From an uncultured Rhodospirillales bacterium (lineage in GTDB: Bacteria > Pseudomonadota > Alphaproteobacteria > JAWKYA01): DNA of 64,000 nt. Shown here in pieces: positions 1 through 9,977 of this stretch. The stretch spans positions 52,162-116,161 of the forward strand of contig CAYNIC010000002.1 in the NCBI GenBank assembly GCA_964397465.1, given 5' to 3'. Positions within the stretch are counted from its first letter, which is position 1. Each line of letters opens with the position of its first letter. Below the pieces are notes generated by a model. It did no database searches, was not told where the DNA came from, and saw nothing but the letters and a program-made list of their open reading frames with translations. The translations under genes were made by a program, and so were the position numbers.

Positions 1-665
1 ACGTCGGTTTTCACCCTCTCAGCATCGGATGTTTTGAGGCCGCCAAGGAAGCTTTCGGCAAAAGTATCAAGCCATGCCGCCAAGTCACCCGGTAAGGGGG
101 TAGGCCGTTTGAATAAAGTCAGTTGATCAATGTGAAAGCCAGCCTGATGGAGCAAGCTTTCCATCGTTGCTTCGTCGGGGAAAAACCAAGGATTGAGAGT
201 TGCGGCATTTACGTGATGCTGAGCTAAGGCGACGCTCAAAGCTTTAACAATAGCGGCAACGTTTCCATGACCGCCCATTTCGGCAACCAGACGTCCGCCG
301 GGCTTAAGAGCGCGCGCAACTCCGGCAAGCACGGGGCCGCTCGGCCCCATCCAATGCATAGCGGCATTGGAGATAACGGCGTCAAATTCTTGAGTAAAGG
401 TGAGTCTGCGCCCATCCATGATTCGGGCATCCAAGCCGCGTTTCTGTGCGGCGGCGACTTGCTCGGGGCTGGCATCAACGCCGACTATTTTGCCGCCGTG
501 GGCGGCAATCGCTTCCGTTAGGGCGCCATCACCGCATCCAAGATCAAGGATGCGTTCGCCCGGTTGAGGTGCCAACAAATCAATCAGCGGGCTTCCCAGG
601 TCGGCGACAAATCGAGCATTGCGGGCGTAGCGATCCGGATCCCAATGCTGCGTTAAGGACGACAC
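1..665 (-). CDS. Class I SAM-dependent methyltransferase (trans-aconitate methyltransferase/Tam-like). The C-terminus runs off the window edge; the putative start is a GTG at 663-665.
   Basis: Reverse-strand translation gives ...HWDPDRYARNARFVADLGSPLIDLLAPQPGERILDLGCGDGALTEAIAAHGGKIVGVDASPEQV... with the GxGxG SAM-binding motif I. There is no stop codon before position 1. Confidence 0.65.
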   Translation of the reverse strand, partial: MSSLTQHWDPDRYARNARFVADLGSPLIDLLAPQPGERILDLGCGDGALTEAIAAHGGKIVGVDASPEQVAAAQKRGLDARIMDGRRLTFTQEFDAVISNAAMHWMGPSGPVLAGVARALKPGGRLVAEMGGHGNVAAIVKALSVALAQHHVNAATLNPWFFPDEATMESLLHQAGFHIDQLTLFKRPTPLPGDLAAWLDTFAESFLGGLKTSDAERVKTD

Positions 666-672
666 GGAGCTT

Positions 673-1182
673 TTATTTTTTCGAAGGCGTGGCGCTGGTT
701 CCCGGCGCATCCTTCGGCTTCGCCTCGGCAGGCGTCACCGCAAGATTGATGATTTCACGAATGAGGCCCTCAAGATCGATGACATCGCGAGTCTGAGTAA
801 AAAATTCATCCGGTTTCAGAATTTCCTTATCGTTGCCGGGCTCAATCTTCACGTATTTGCCACCGATGATGCCGTCAGCGTTGATGGTGGCCTTGCTGTT
901 GCGGGGAAGTTTGTAGCGGCTGTCGATGGCCAGGGCCAAAATGGCATCGAAGGTTTCGTGATCAAGGTCTTCCTTGGCGACCGTGCCGACGACGACGCCG
1001 CCAATCCGCACCTCATCGCCAATATTGACGCCCTGCACCTTTTTGAATTTGGCATAAAGCGTATAGCGATTGGTTTGATCCACAGAGCGGGTGGAATAGG
1101 CAAAGGTCAAAAAGAGGAAAGCAGCAAGCAGCAGCAGACCACCGACGAGAATCTCCAGGTTTTCTTGTTTAATGCGCCGCAT
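673..1182 (-). CDS. MlaD/MCE-domain protein (outer-membrane lipid asymmetry maintenance), paralogue 1 of 3
   Basis: 169 aa with an N-terminal TM helix and an MCE fold (YTLYAKFKKVQGVNIGDEVRIGGVVVGTV...IEPGNDKEILKPDEF). [12 protein letters not shown] precedes the ATG. Confidence 0.75.
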   Translation of the reverse strand: MRRIKQENLEILVGGLLLLAAFLFLTFAYSTRSVDQTNRYTLYAKFKKVQGVNIGDEVRIGGVVVGTVAKEDLDHETFDAILALAIDSRYKLPRNSKATINADGIIGGKYVKIEPGNDKEILKPDEFFTQTRDVIDLEGLIREIINLAVTPAEAKPKDAPGTSATPSKK

Positions 1183-1230
1183 AGGGCCTCTCTCTAAATA
1201 TCATTCGCAGGTGGTCGTCATCATTCCAAA

Positions 1231-1680
1231 TTATAGTCCGGGACCGAAGGCAACGGCGGCGATCTCGTCTTCAAGCGACTTAACATCCTTGGCGTTAGCA
1301 AAGGTGCCGTCGGGCGGAACGGTCTCTTTGGACGTGCCGGGCTTCAATTCAATGTAGCCGCCGCCAAACATGCCGGCGCTCGACACGGTCACCTCTGTGT
1401 CGACGGGAAGTTTGTAGCGTTCGTCCACGGCGAAATCGAGAACGGCATTGTAATTTTCATAGTCGATGTACTGACGCAGGATGGTGCCGACACGGATGCC
1501 GCCGATTTGCACCTCGTTGCCGGGCTGAATGCCGCCGACTTTGTTAAACCGTGCGTGAACAACATAGGTTCGCGCTGTGGCTTCGGGCTTGCGCGATCCC
1601 GCCGCCAGCAAAACGATTGGCGTAGCGGCGATTATCAGAACAAGAAGACCGATGATGATTTCGATGGTTTCGCGGCGCAT
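1231..1680 (-). CDS. MlaD/MCE-domain protein, paralogue 2 of 3
   Basis: 149 aa with an N-terminal TM helix and an MCE domain (YVVHARFNKVGGIQPGNEVQIGGIRVGTI...ELKPGTSKETVPPDG). The architecture matches the two flanking ORFs. Confidence 0.75.
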   Translation of the reverse strand: MRRETIEIIIGLLVLIIAATPIVLLAAGSRKPEATARTYVVHARFNKVGGIQPGNEVQIGGIRVGTILRQYIDYENYNAVLDFAVDERYKLPVDTEVTVSSAGMFGGGYIELKPGTSKETVPPDGTFANAKDVKSLEDEIAAVAFGPGL

Positions 1681-1689
1681 CGTTACTCT

Positions 1690-2220
1690 CTATTTTTGAG
1701 GTTGCTTTTTAGCCGGCGCGGATTTCGCCCCCGGCGTAGTCGGGGCCACAGCTTCGGCGGGCTTCGGTGCACGGGAAGACTTGGCAAAGCCGACGATTTT
1801 TTCCACCAGCTCATCCAGAATCACCGAATCCTGCACGAAGGCGATTGCGTCACCGGGTTTTAAAACCTCGTCTTCGCCGCCGCCCGGATCAAGCGCGATA
1901 AATTTTCCGCTGAACAATCCGGCTGTGTTGATGGCGGCAAAGGCATCGCTGTGCAGTTTAATGCCCTGATTGATGTTCATAGTCATTTGAACCAGGTAAT
2001 CGGTCGGATCAAGCTCCAGGCTGGCAACCGATCCGACGCGCACCCCGAACATCCGGATTTCATCGCCGATCTTCACCCCGTCAACGCGGCTGAATTTTGC
2101 CTTGATGGTGTAGCCGCCGACGGCGCTCTCGTTGGTTTCGGTGTAGCCGAAAATCAAAAAAAACACGGCAACGGCAAGAACCGCGGCACCCAAAACTGTT
2201 TCGATAAGACTACGATGCAT
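1690..2220 (-). CDS. MlaD/MCE-domain protein, paralogue 3 of 3
   Basis: 176 aa with an N-terminal TM helix and an MCE domain (YTIKAKFSRVDGVKIGDEIRMFGVRVGSV...ALDPGGGEDEVLKPGD). An AAGGAG RBS precedes the ATG. There is an Ala/Pro/Lys-rich C-terminal tail. Confidence 0.75.
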   Translation of the reverse strand: MHRSLIETVLGAAVLAVAVFFLIFGYTETNESAVGGYTIKAKFSRVDGVKIGDEIRMFGVRVGSVASLELDPTDYLVQMTMNINQGIKLHSDAFAAINTAGLFSGKFIALDPGGGEDEVLKPGDAIAFVQDSVILDELVEKIVGFAKSSRAPKPAEAVAPTTPGAKSAPAKKQPQK

Positions 2221-2274
2221 GGGTTTAAAACGCTCCTTGGCCGATGTAAATTGGGCCGACTGGTTAAGTTCGCT

Positions 2275-2670
2275 TTAACCTGGGGGTGTCCAGGCTTCGT
2301 AATCACCGGTGGCCTTATCCCGGCGGCCCCCAGCCAGGCTATGTCCGGGGGGTAGGTAAGCGCCCGGAGTTCCGGTCGCATTTGGCCGGTGTTCCTTCTG
2401 CCAGAAACGGCGCCGCTTAGCCACAACTTCGGGGTCCGGCGGTAATTTTACTGTATAATGAAGCCAGGCATGCCATTCGGAAGGTACGCGGCTGGCTTCG
2501 GCCTCGCCATTATAGACGACCCAACGCCGGCGCCGACGTTGTTTGGAGGTGCCAAGATCAGGGTGACTTTCAACCCCGATGCCCCGTTGCTCGTAATAGC
2601 GGTTTCCGGTGCTATCGGTTCCGACGAGGCGGCCGTGGAGAAGTGTAAAAAGGCGGGTATAAAGGCTCAT
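2275..2670 (-). CDS. NADH:ubiquinone oxidoreductase subunit NDUFA12-like protein
   Basis: The internal ATG at 2668-2670 gives MSLYTRLFTLLHGRLVGTDSTGNRYYEQ...WHAWLHYT, the typical bacterial NDUFA12-family signature. It lies next to MlaD, as is common in alphaproteobacteria. Confidence 0.7.
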   Translation of the reverse strand: MSLYTRLFTLLHGRLVGTDSTGNRYYEQRGIGVESHPDLGTSKQRRRRRWVVYNGEAEASRVPSEWHAWLHYTVKLPPDPEVVAKRRRFWQKEHRPNATGTPGAYLPPGHSLAGGRRDKATGDYEAWTPPG

Positions 2671-3024
2671 AAAATTATCACGCAATAGGTCCTGGATTGC
2701 GATCGTCCGCCAGGGCGGCGCGCCCGCGGCGGAAGCGGGCCGCACTATGGCACTATGCGCCGGGTTGCGTCCAGTGCACTGGCTCATAAATAAGCTAGAG
2801 TTTGCAAGAAAAGGCGCCTTTCTCGGTTCTATTTTTAGGAACCCATTTTTAGCTTAAATCCTTGTAAAGCCCCTAAATATAGCAGATTTCGCAAAAACCT
2901 TCCTGCTTCTAGTGACATCCCCTACATTCTGTGGCAAGAATACCTAGAGCCTACCGGATATTGCTTTTTTCGAGCGAATCTCGGCGGTTTTGCTGCGACT
3001 CGGGTACAAGGGGACTCTCCCGCC

Positions 3025-6000
3025 ATGCGTATGGCGCGCCAATTCACGAAAAAAGATCAATCGCCTTACGCAGGAATGTCTTTCCGCGAGGCACTGAGCG
3101 AGATTCGCACCCCCGACGGAGCCATCGTTTTCCGTCAGGACAAGGTGACTGTGCCCGAGACCTGGAGCCAGGTTGCGATCGATATCTTGGTGCAAAAATA
3201 CCTTAGAAAAGCAGGCGTTCCAAAGGCCCTGTGCCGGGTACCTGAAGACGGCATACCTGAATGGCTGCAACGCGCAACGGCAGATGAAGCGGCGCTGGCG
3301 GATGTGCCCGAGGCCGATCGTCTTGGCGGTGAAACCGATGCGCGCCAGGTCTTCGATCGCCTGGCCGGTACCTGGACCTATTGGGGCTGGAAGGGCGGTT
3401 ACTTCGATAGCGCTGAGGATGCCCGGGCCTATTACGATGAAATGCGGTTCATGCTGGTTCACCAGATGGCGGCGCCCAATTCACCACAATGGTTCAACAC
3501 CGGCCTTCATTGGGCCTATGGAATAGACGGTCCCTCCCAGGGCCATTGGTATACGGATTTCACCTCGGGCGCGGTGGTTGAATCCACCTCGGCCTACGTC
3601 CACCCCCAGCCTCATGCCTGCTTTATCCTGTCGGTTGCCGACGACTTGGTCGGCCAGGGCGGCATTATGGACCTGTGGCAACGCGAGGCGCGCCTGTTCA
3701 AATACGGCAGCGGCACCGGCTCCAATTTTTCTCCTTTAAGAGCGGAGGGCGAATCTCTCTCGGGCGGCGGCGTAACCTCCGGCGTCATGAGCTTTCTGAA
3801 AATCGGCGATCAAGCTGCCGGTGCGATCAAATCCGGCGGCGTGACCCGCCGTGCCGCCAAGATGGCGATTCTCGACATTGATCATCCGGACATCGAGTCT
3901 TTTATCGAGTGGAAAACCGTTGAAGAGCAAAAAGTGGCGGCCCTCGTTGCGGGATCGCGCCTTACAGAACGTCATGTAAATGCCATTTTGCAGGCCTGCC
4001 GCAGCGACGCGCCGGAAGCCCTGGCCGATGATGCCGTCCGTCTTGATCCTGAGCAGAATAAGTTTTTAGCCAAGGCGGTCCGCGCCGCACGCCGCGCTTT
4101 TTTGCCGGAGACCTTAATTCAGCGGGCCTTGCGCTTGGCCGCCGAAGGACAAACCTCGGCGCGGCTGCCTCTTTATGACACCGATTGGGATGGCGAAGCC
4201 TATCGTAGCGTCAGTGGACAAAATGCCAATAACTCCATTCGCGTTACCGAAGAGTTTTTGGTCGCCGTCGAGCGTGGTGGTGATTGGGCCTTAATCCGGC
4301 GGACCGATGGCGCCACCGCAAAAACGGTTAAGGCGCGCGCCTTATGGGATCGCATAGCCACCGCGGCCTGGACGTCGGCGGATCCTGGTGTGCAATTCGA
4401 TACCACGATTAATTCGTGGCACACCTGCCCGGAAAGCGGCCGCATCAAGGCGTCCAATCCGTGCTCTGAATATATGTTTTTGGATGATACGGCTTGTAAT
4501 TTAGCCTCGCTTAACCTGATGGCGTTTCGTCGTGACGACGGCAATTTAGATGTCGATGCCTTGCGGCATGCGATAAGACTTTGGACGGTGACGCTCGAGA
4601 TTTCGGTGCTAATGGCGCAATATCCGTCGGCGCTGATCGCGCGGCGTTCTTATGAATTTCGCACCCTCGGTCTTGGCTTCGCCAACCTGGGGGCGTTGAT
4701 CATGTCCCTGGGTCATTCTTATGACAGTGATGCCGGCCGGTCGCTTGCCGGTGCGATAACCGCATTTATGACCGGAACCGCTTATACGGTTTCTGCGGAG
4801 ATGGCGGAAGAATTAGGCGCCTTTCCGGGCTTCGCCGCCAATCGTGACGCAATGCTGCGGGTGATGCGTAATCACCAACGCGCGGCGCGAGGTGAGACGA
4901 CGGGTTATGAAGGATTGTCGGTGCCGCCCGTGCCGTTAATTCAGCATGCGCAGGTGGACCAGCGTCTGCATCAGGCAGCGGTTGCGGCATGGAACGAAGC
5001 CGTAGAGCAGGGCGCAAGCCACGGCTATCGCAATGCTCAGGTTACGGCGATCGCACCTACCGGGACTATCGGCCTGGTGATGGATTGCGACACCACCGGG
5101 ATTGAGCCCGACTTTGCCTTGGTCAAGTTTAAGAAATTAGCCGGCGGGGGATATTTCCGGATTATTAACCGTACGGTTCCCTTGGCTCTGGAGGCTTTGG
5201 GTTACGATCCGGAAACGGCCAACCACATTGTCGGTTACGCCATCGGCTACGGCACCTTGAAAGATGCACCGGGCGTGAATCACGAAAAGCTGCGGTTGCG
5301 GGGATTTGACGATGCGGCGCTCACCAAGGTGGAACGCGCCTTAGAAACAGCTTTTGATATTCGGTTTGCCTTCAACAAATGGACTCTCGGCGCCGACTTC
5401 TGCACCCGCGTGCTCAAGTTGGATGGAGATGATCTTGACGATCTCTCCTTCGACATGTTGGACGCCTTGGGATTTACCCGGGACGAGATCGACGCGGCGA
5501 ATATCCACTGCTGCGGCGCGATGACCTTGGAAGGGGCGCCGGATCTGCAGCCGAAACACTTGGCGACGTTCGACTGTGCAACCCCTTGTGGGCGAAAGGG
5601 AACACGATCTCTCTCGTGGGAAAGTCATTTGCGGATGATGGCGGCGGTTCAGCCGTTTGTTTCCGGCGCCATCTCCAAAACTGTTAACATGCCGAACACG
5701 GCATCCATCGCCGACTGCCAGAATGTTTACACCCTTGCCTGGCGATTGGGGCTGAAGTCGGTGGCTCTTTATCGCGATGGATGCAAACTATCGCAACCCT
5801 TGGCATCGGTCTTTACCGATCATGCCGACGACGCTTTCGACGAGGAAGACGCGGATATTCGGCCCAGTCTTCTCGAGCAGGTTATGGCGGCGCCGGTGCC
5901 CGAGCGGGCGGCTGTCGTTACCGAGCGGATTATCGAACGGATCGTCGAACGTGCAACGGATCGCCGGCGACTTCCCCATCGCCGCAAAGGCTATACGCAA

Positions 6001-6771
6001 AAGGCGACGGTTGGCGGTCATAAGGTTTATTTGCGAACCGGCGAATACGAAGACGGCCGGATCGGCGAAATCTTTATCGACATGCATAAAGAGGGCGCCG
6101 CCTTCCGCTCGCTGATGAATAATTTTGCCATCGCCATCTCGATTGGACTGCAATACGGCGTTCCGCTGGAAGAGTTCGTCGAGGCCTTTACCTTTACCCG
6201 GTTTGAGCCGGCGGGCCCGGTCCAGGGCAACGATGTTATCAAGATGGCCACCAGTGTTCTCGATTATATTTTCCGGGAACTGGCGATCAGTTACTTGGGG
6301 CGGACCGACTTAGCCCACGCCGAACCGGCCGATCTCCTGCCCGATGCCTTGGGTAAGAAGAACGCGCCGGCCGAGGGTCTGGATCGCCCTGCTGAGGCGG
6401 CCGAGCAACAGCTTGATACCCGAGAATTGGTTCGTCGGGTGGCCTCGACCGGCTATGTCCGGGCCAATCTTCTGGTTTTACAAGGCGGGCTTGCCGCGAC
6501 GGGGACGGAAAACCATCGGTCGATGAGTGAAGCGCAGACGGTTGCCGACGCCTTCACCCCCGACCCGGCGGCTGAAGCGGTGTTCTCGCCGTCCCCTGCC
6601 ATTGCCGAAACCGCTGTGCGGGAAGTTAACCGCCAGCTCGACCGTATCCGGGAAGCCCGGCTTAAGGGATTCGAGGGCGATCCGTGCCCGGAATGCGCCA
6701 ATTTTACCCTCCTGCGTAGCGGTACCTGTCTTAAGTGCGATAGCTGCGGAGGAACAAGCGGCTGTTCTTAA
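3025..6771 (+). CDS. nrdJ: Class II (adenosylcobalamin-dependent) ribonucleoside-diphosphate reductase NrdJ
   Basis: 1248 aa with conserved RNR class II blocks ([28 protein letters not shown]) and a C-terminal [22 protein letters not shown] zinc-ribbon tail. Confidence 0.9.
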   Translation: MRMARQFTKKDQSPYAGMSFREALSEIRTPDGAIVFRQDKVTVPETWSQVAIDILVQKYLRKAGVPKALCRVPEDGIPEWLQRATADEAALADVPEADRLGGETDARQVFDRLAGTWTYWGWKGGYFDSAEDARAYYDEMRFMLVHQMAAPNSPQWFNTGLHWAYGIDGPSQGHWYTDFTSGAVVESTSAYVHPQPHACFILSVADDLVGQGGIMDLWQREARLFKYGSGTGSNFSPLRAEGESLSGGGVTSGVMSFLKIGDQAAGAIKSGGVTRRAAKMAILDIDHPDIESFIEWKTVEEQKVAALVAGSRLTERHVNAILQACRSDAPEALADDAVRLDPEQNKFLAKAVRAARRAFLPETLIQRALRLAAEGQTSARLPLYDTDWDGEAYRSVSGQNANNSIRVTEEFLVAVERGGDWALIRRTDGATAKTVKARALWDRIATAAWTSADPGVQFDTTINSWHTCPESGRIKASNPCSEYMFLDDTACNLASLNLMAFRRDDGNLDVDALRHAIRLWTVTLEISVLMAQYPSALIARRSYEFRTLGLGFANLGALIMSLGHSYDSDAGRSLAGAITAFMTGTAYTVSAEMAEELGAFPGFAANRDAMLRVMRNHQRAARGETTGYEGLSVPPVPLIQHAQVDQRLHQAAVAAWNEAVEQGASHGYRNAQVTAIAPTGTIGLVMDCDTTGIEPDFALVKFKKLAGGGYFRIINRTVPLALEALGYDPETANHIVGYAIGYGTLKDAPGVNHEKLRLRGFDDAALTKVERALETAFDIRFAFNKWTLGADFCTRVLKLDGDDLDDLSFDMLDALGFTRDEIDAANIHCCGAMTLEGAPDLQPKHLATFDCATPCGRKGTRSLSWESHLRMMAAVQPFVSGAISKTVNMPNTASIADCQNVYTLAWRLGLKSVALYRDGCKLSQPLASVFTDHADDAFDEEDADIRPSLLEQVMAAPVPERAAVVTERIIERIVERATDRRRLPHRRKGYTQKATVGGHKVYLRTGEYEDGRIGEIFIDMHKEGAAFRSLMNNFAIAISIGLQYGVPLEEFVEAFTFTRFEPAGPVQGNDVIKMATSVLDYIFRELAISYLGRTDLAHAEPADLLPDALGKKNAPAEGLDRPAEAAEQQLDTRELVRRVASTGYVRANLLVLQGGLAATGTENHRSMSEAQTVADAFTPDPAAEAVFSPSPAIAETAVREVNRQLDRIREARLKGFEGDPCPECANFTLLRSGTCLKCDSCGGTSGCS

Positions 6772-6907
6772 GCAGCCTAACAAGTTTGCATCGGGCGTGA
6801 CCGATGCGTCTCTATGCGGCGGAACTGCCTGTTCCGCCCATACGCCGGCGGAGCGTGATGCCTGCCGCTGGTGTCTCGCCTGGCATCAGTGCTCCCTGTA
6901 TAAACTT

Positions 6908-6940
6908 GGGGGAGACCGCAAGGTCTCCCCCACTTTTTTA
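6908..6940 (+). terminator. Rho-independent terminator after nrdJ
   Basis: Perfect 10-bp stem GGGGGAGACC / GGTCTCCCCC with a GCAA loop, followed by ACTTTTTTA. Confidence 0.7.
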
Positions 6941-7018
6941 TCCAATAAAAAGGCAAAGTTTGCGGAAGAGGCAGGCTTTTTGCAGGGTTTTCTGTTAAAA
7001 TTCTCGCGAAACCTTTGC

Positions 7019-7047
7019 TTGCAGGAACAAGAGGTGATTCCTATACT
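7019..7047 (+). promoter_or_regulatory. Sigma70-like promoter candidate for dksA
   Basis: TTGCAG, a 17-nt spacer, then TATACT, about 48 nt upstream of the dksA ATG. Confidence 0.3.
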
Positions 7048-7094
7048 CCTGCGCGCAAGAGTTCAGAGTTTGCGCTCACAACCCGGCGATCACC

Positions 7095-8057
7095 ATGGCA
7101 CAGAAAAAACAGCCTTCTCCCAAGAAAAAGAAACAACCGGTGGCGAAGAAAAAACGCCCAGCCCCGATGAAGACGCCGGTAAAGAATCGCGCAAAACCGG
7201 CGGCGAAATCTCGGGGTGCTGTGAAAAAACCGGCTAAGGCGAAAACTGTTGCTAAAAAATCGGGGGCGCCCAAGTCGCGGCCGGTGACAAAATCAACGAA
7301 GTCGGCAAAGCCGGCGCCTCGCCCGGCAAAAACCGGTTCGGCCAAAAAAACACCGACGGCGAAAAAACCGCCGGCGAAGGCGGCACCCGCGAAACAAGCT
7401 GCAAAGGTTGCGCCACCCAAGACAATGCCCAAATCGTCGGCGAAGGTGTCGGGAGGGAAAACAACTCCGACAAAAGCTCCGGCTGTGAAGGCAACACCCG
7501 TTAAGGGGCCGTCCAAAGTGCCGGCTAAACCCTCTGCGGCTTCGAATAAAGGTCCGTCCCCTTTTCGTCCGACTGGCGCGGCAAAACCGGTTATCGTCAA
7601 GAAGCCGATCATTCCCCGCAAGATTCTAGGCAAGCCGGGGCCCGCGATCGTGTTGCCGCCCGATTACGAGCCTGATGAAAAAGAAGAATTCATGAATCCA
7701 CGTCAGCAGGAATTCTTTCGGCAGAAATTGTTAAAGTGGCGCGAAGATGTTTTGAAAGAGTCCGATGAGACGCTGATGGTTTTGCGCGAGGAAAGCTTGC
7801 AGGAATCGGATATGAACGACCGGGCGTCGTTGGAAACCGATCGCTCGATCGAGCTGCGGACGCGCGACCGTCAACGCAAACTCTTGTCAAAGATTGATGA
7901 CGCGTTACGCCGCATTGATGAGGGCGTTTATGGGTATTGTGAAGAAACCGGCGAGCCGATCGGATTGAAGCGGTTGACGGCACGCCCGATTGCGACCCTA
8001 AGCCTTGAAGCGCAAGAGCGCCACGAGCGGATGGAACGGACGCATCGCGAAGATTAA
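7095..8057 (+). CDS. dksA: DksA-family RNA polymerase-binding factor with a long N-terminal Lys/Ala/Pro-rich (histone H1-like) extension
   Basis: The C-terminal ~130 aa align to E. coli DksA (EFMNPRQQEFFRQKLLKWR...SIELRTRDRQRKLLSKIDDALRRIDEGVYGYCEETGEPIGLKRLTARPIATLS). Only one of the four Zn-finger Cys residues is retained. The first ~190 aa are KKPAK/AKP repeats. Confidence 0.75.
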   Translation: MAQKKQPSPKKKKQPVAKKKRPAPMKTPVKNRAKPAAKSRGAVKKPAKAKTVAKKSGAPKSRPVTKSTKSAKPAPRPAKTGSAKKTPTAKKPPAKAAPAKQAAKVAPPKTMPKSSAKVSGGKTTPTKAPAVKATPVKGPSKVPAKPSAASNKGPSPFRPTGAAKPVIVKKPIIPRKILGKPGPAIVLPPDYEPDEKEEFMNPRQQEFFRQKLLKWREDVLKESDETLMVLREESLQESDMNDRASLETDRSIELRTRDRQRKLLSKIDDALRRIDEGVYGYCEETGEPIGLKRLTARPIATLSLEAQERHERMERTHRED

Positions 8058-8061
8058 TTAA

Positions 8062-8085
8062 GAGATCGTCATGGGCGATCTTTTT
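8062..8085 (+). terminator. Hairpin plus T-run after dksA
   Basis: AGATCGTC-ATGG-GCGATCT with one mismatch, followed by TTTTT. Confidence 0.45.
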
Positions 8086-8135
8086 ACGCGATATAGTTTG
8101 CGCGGCAGTCTTGGGCTAACTTATAGGTAGACCGC

Positions 8136-9731
8136 ATGGCGGAGAGAAAAGAGGGCCGTAATCTCGAGGATCGGTCTGATGCGCCACTCGTTCGCCGTTC
8201 TGAGCGGCGTTTCCGCGCTCTATACGACTTGGCGCCGATCGGCATCGTCTTGCTTGATGGTGAGACGAAGATTCTGCGTGGTAATAATGCGTTTCTTTCT
8301 CTTGTCGGTGATCCTAAGATTCGTCTAACCGGCCAGTCGTTGGATAGTCTGGTTTTTGAATCTGACCGAGTAGCGGTGCGGAAAATTCTTGATAACCTCT
8401 ACGATCATTCCGGCTTCGAGCGGATAGATGTTCGATTTGGCCAAGCAGGCGATAAGACGGCGACGCTTTTCATCGGAGCTGACTCAGAAGAGGATCCGTC
8501 TTCTAAGAGCGCTACGGTTTATGTGATCGATACCACCGAGCAAAAAAGCCTCGAGCAGCGTTTGGCCCAAGCTCAAAAGATGCAGGCCATCGGTCAGTTG
8601 GCGGGAGGGATTGCCCACGACTTTAATAATTTGCTGACGGCGATGATCGGTTACTGCGACCTTACCTTGTTGCGGCAAGATCAAGGGAGCGATGATTTCT
8701 CCGATATCACGCAGATCAAGCAAAACGCCGAACGTGCAGCTACTTTGGTGCGGCAATTGCTGGCTTTTTCACGACGGCAAATCCTTCAGCCGCATGTGCT
8801 GAATGTCAGGGATACTATTTCCGGCGTGACGGATTTGCTGCGTCGTCTCAGCGGTGAAGAAATCAAGATCGAGATCCAGAATACGTCCGAGCAGGGTCTG
8901 ATTTTTGCCGATGAAAGCCAACTGGAACAGATTTTGGTGAACCTGGTCGTCAACGCCCGGGATGCAATGCCGCGCGGAGGAAAGCTGTCCATTCGCACCG
9001 CCAATATGGTGTTAACTCAGCCGCTGGTTCGCGGCGGTGAGGTTGTGCCTCCCGGTAATTGGATCTCGATCGAGGTTGAGGATACGGGCGTCGGCATTCC
9101 ACCGGAAATTCTAAGCCGGATCTTTGAGCCGTTCTTTTCGACGAAGGCGATCGGGCAAGGGACCGGCCTTGGCCTGGCGACAGTCTACGGCATTGTAAAG
9201 CAAACCGGCGGGTATGTGTTTGTGGATACGGCTGTTGGCAGCGGATCGATTTTTCGGCTCCTTTTCCCTCGTCACATCGACACTCATGTGGCCAAGTCCT
9301 CGGACGGGATGAAGGCAAAGCCAACGGCAAAGCCTTCGGCCGGCGAGGTGAAAGAGGGCGAGAACCGTACGGTCCTTATTGTTGAAGACGAAGATCCGGT
9401 GCGGCTGTTTGCGGTGCGCGCCTTGCAGGCAAAAGGATACAAGGTATTTCATGCCGGCACTGGGATGGAGGCTTTGGAGATTCTCCGCCAAGAACGCGAT
9501 GCCATCGATTTGCTTATTACCGATGTGGTGATGCCCCAGATGGATGGGCCGTCGGTTATCGCCGCCGCCAGAGCCATCGTGCCGCGGATCAAAGTGCTCT
9601 GCATGTCCGGTTATGCCGAAGAGGCGCTGAAAGATCGGATTCGGGCGACTCAGGACGTCCGATTTCTCGCCAAGCCGTTTAGCCTGGCGCAATTTGCCGG
9701 TGCGGTTAAAGAGGTCTTGGCGCCGAAGTAA
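8136..9731 (+). CDS. Soluble PAS-domain hybrid sensor histidine kinase/response regulator (CckA-like HisKA and receiver)
   Basis: PAS region, then an H-box ([18 protein letters not shown]), HATPase_c (G-boxes DTGVGIP, GTGLGLA), and a C-terminal receiver domain ([11 protein letters not shown]...[14 protein letters not shown]). No TM segments. Confidence 0.8.
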   Translation: MAERKEGRNLEDRSDAPLVRRSERRFRALYDLAPIGIVLLDGETKILRGNNAFLSLVGDPKIRLTGQSLDSLVFESDRVAVRKILDNLYDHSGFERIDVRFGQAGDKTATLFIGADSEEDPSSKSATVYVIDTTEQKSLEQRLAQAQKMQAIGQLAGGIAHDFNNLLTAMIGYCDLTLLRQDQGSDDFSDITQIKQNAERAATLVRQLLAFSRRQILQPHVLNVRDTISGVTDLLRRLSGEEIKIEIQNTSEQGLIFADESQLEQILVNLVVNARDAMPRGGKLSIRTANMVLTQPLVRGGEVVPPGNWISIEVEDTGVGIPPEILSRIFEPFFSTKAIGQGTGLGLATVYGIVKQTGGYVFVDTAVGSGSIFRLLFPRHIDTHVAKSSDGMKAKPTAKPSAGEVKEGENRTVLIVEDEDPVRLFAVRALQAKGYKVFHAGTGMEALEILRQERDAIDLLITDVVMPQMDGPSVIAAARAIVPRIKVLCMSGYAEEALKDRIRATQDVRFLAKPFSLAQFAGAVKEVLAPK

Positions 9732-9803
9732 AATTACTAACCGGGACTGGTGTTGATAAGTAAGCGGTGTTCTTGCGGCAAACCCCAGATAATCCGCCAT
9801 TTT

Positions 9804-9840
9804 GTTCATATATAGTTTTCCTATTGTTCTTTTATTGTTC
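9804..9840. promoter_or_regulatory. Two alphaproteobacterial-type LexA (SOS) boxes upstream of recA
   Basis: GTTCatatataGTTT at 9804-9818 and a perfect GTTCttttattGTTC at 9826-9840. This matches the GTTC-N7-GTTC direct-repeat consensus known for alphaproteobacterial LexA. Confidence 0.55.
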
Positions 9841-9977
9841 CTGTAGTAAAGTGTTTGGACGGTTGGAGACGGAAACCAATCGGGGAGCAAAATCTAACCT
9901 GCATCCAAGAACATAAGGTGACCATTTACCCGTATTGCGGGAGCACCAGGCTTTTTGTAAGAGGAGGATATTCGGCT

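Noticed and set aside
2790-3024. Possible cobalamin riboswitch upstream of the B12-dependent nrdJ
   Set aside because: I looked for a B12-box (GCCACTG-like core) and the characteristic GC-rich stems in the 235-nt leader and found neither. The leader is AT-rich with no obvious conserved structure.
6527-7237. 236 aa plus-strand ORF spanning the nrdJ 3' end into the dksA leader
   Set aside because: It overlaps the nrdJ C-terminus in another frame and runs straight through the strong nrdJ terminator hairpin and the dksA promoter. The sequence is low-complexity and it has no RBS.
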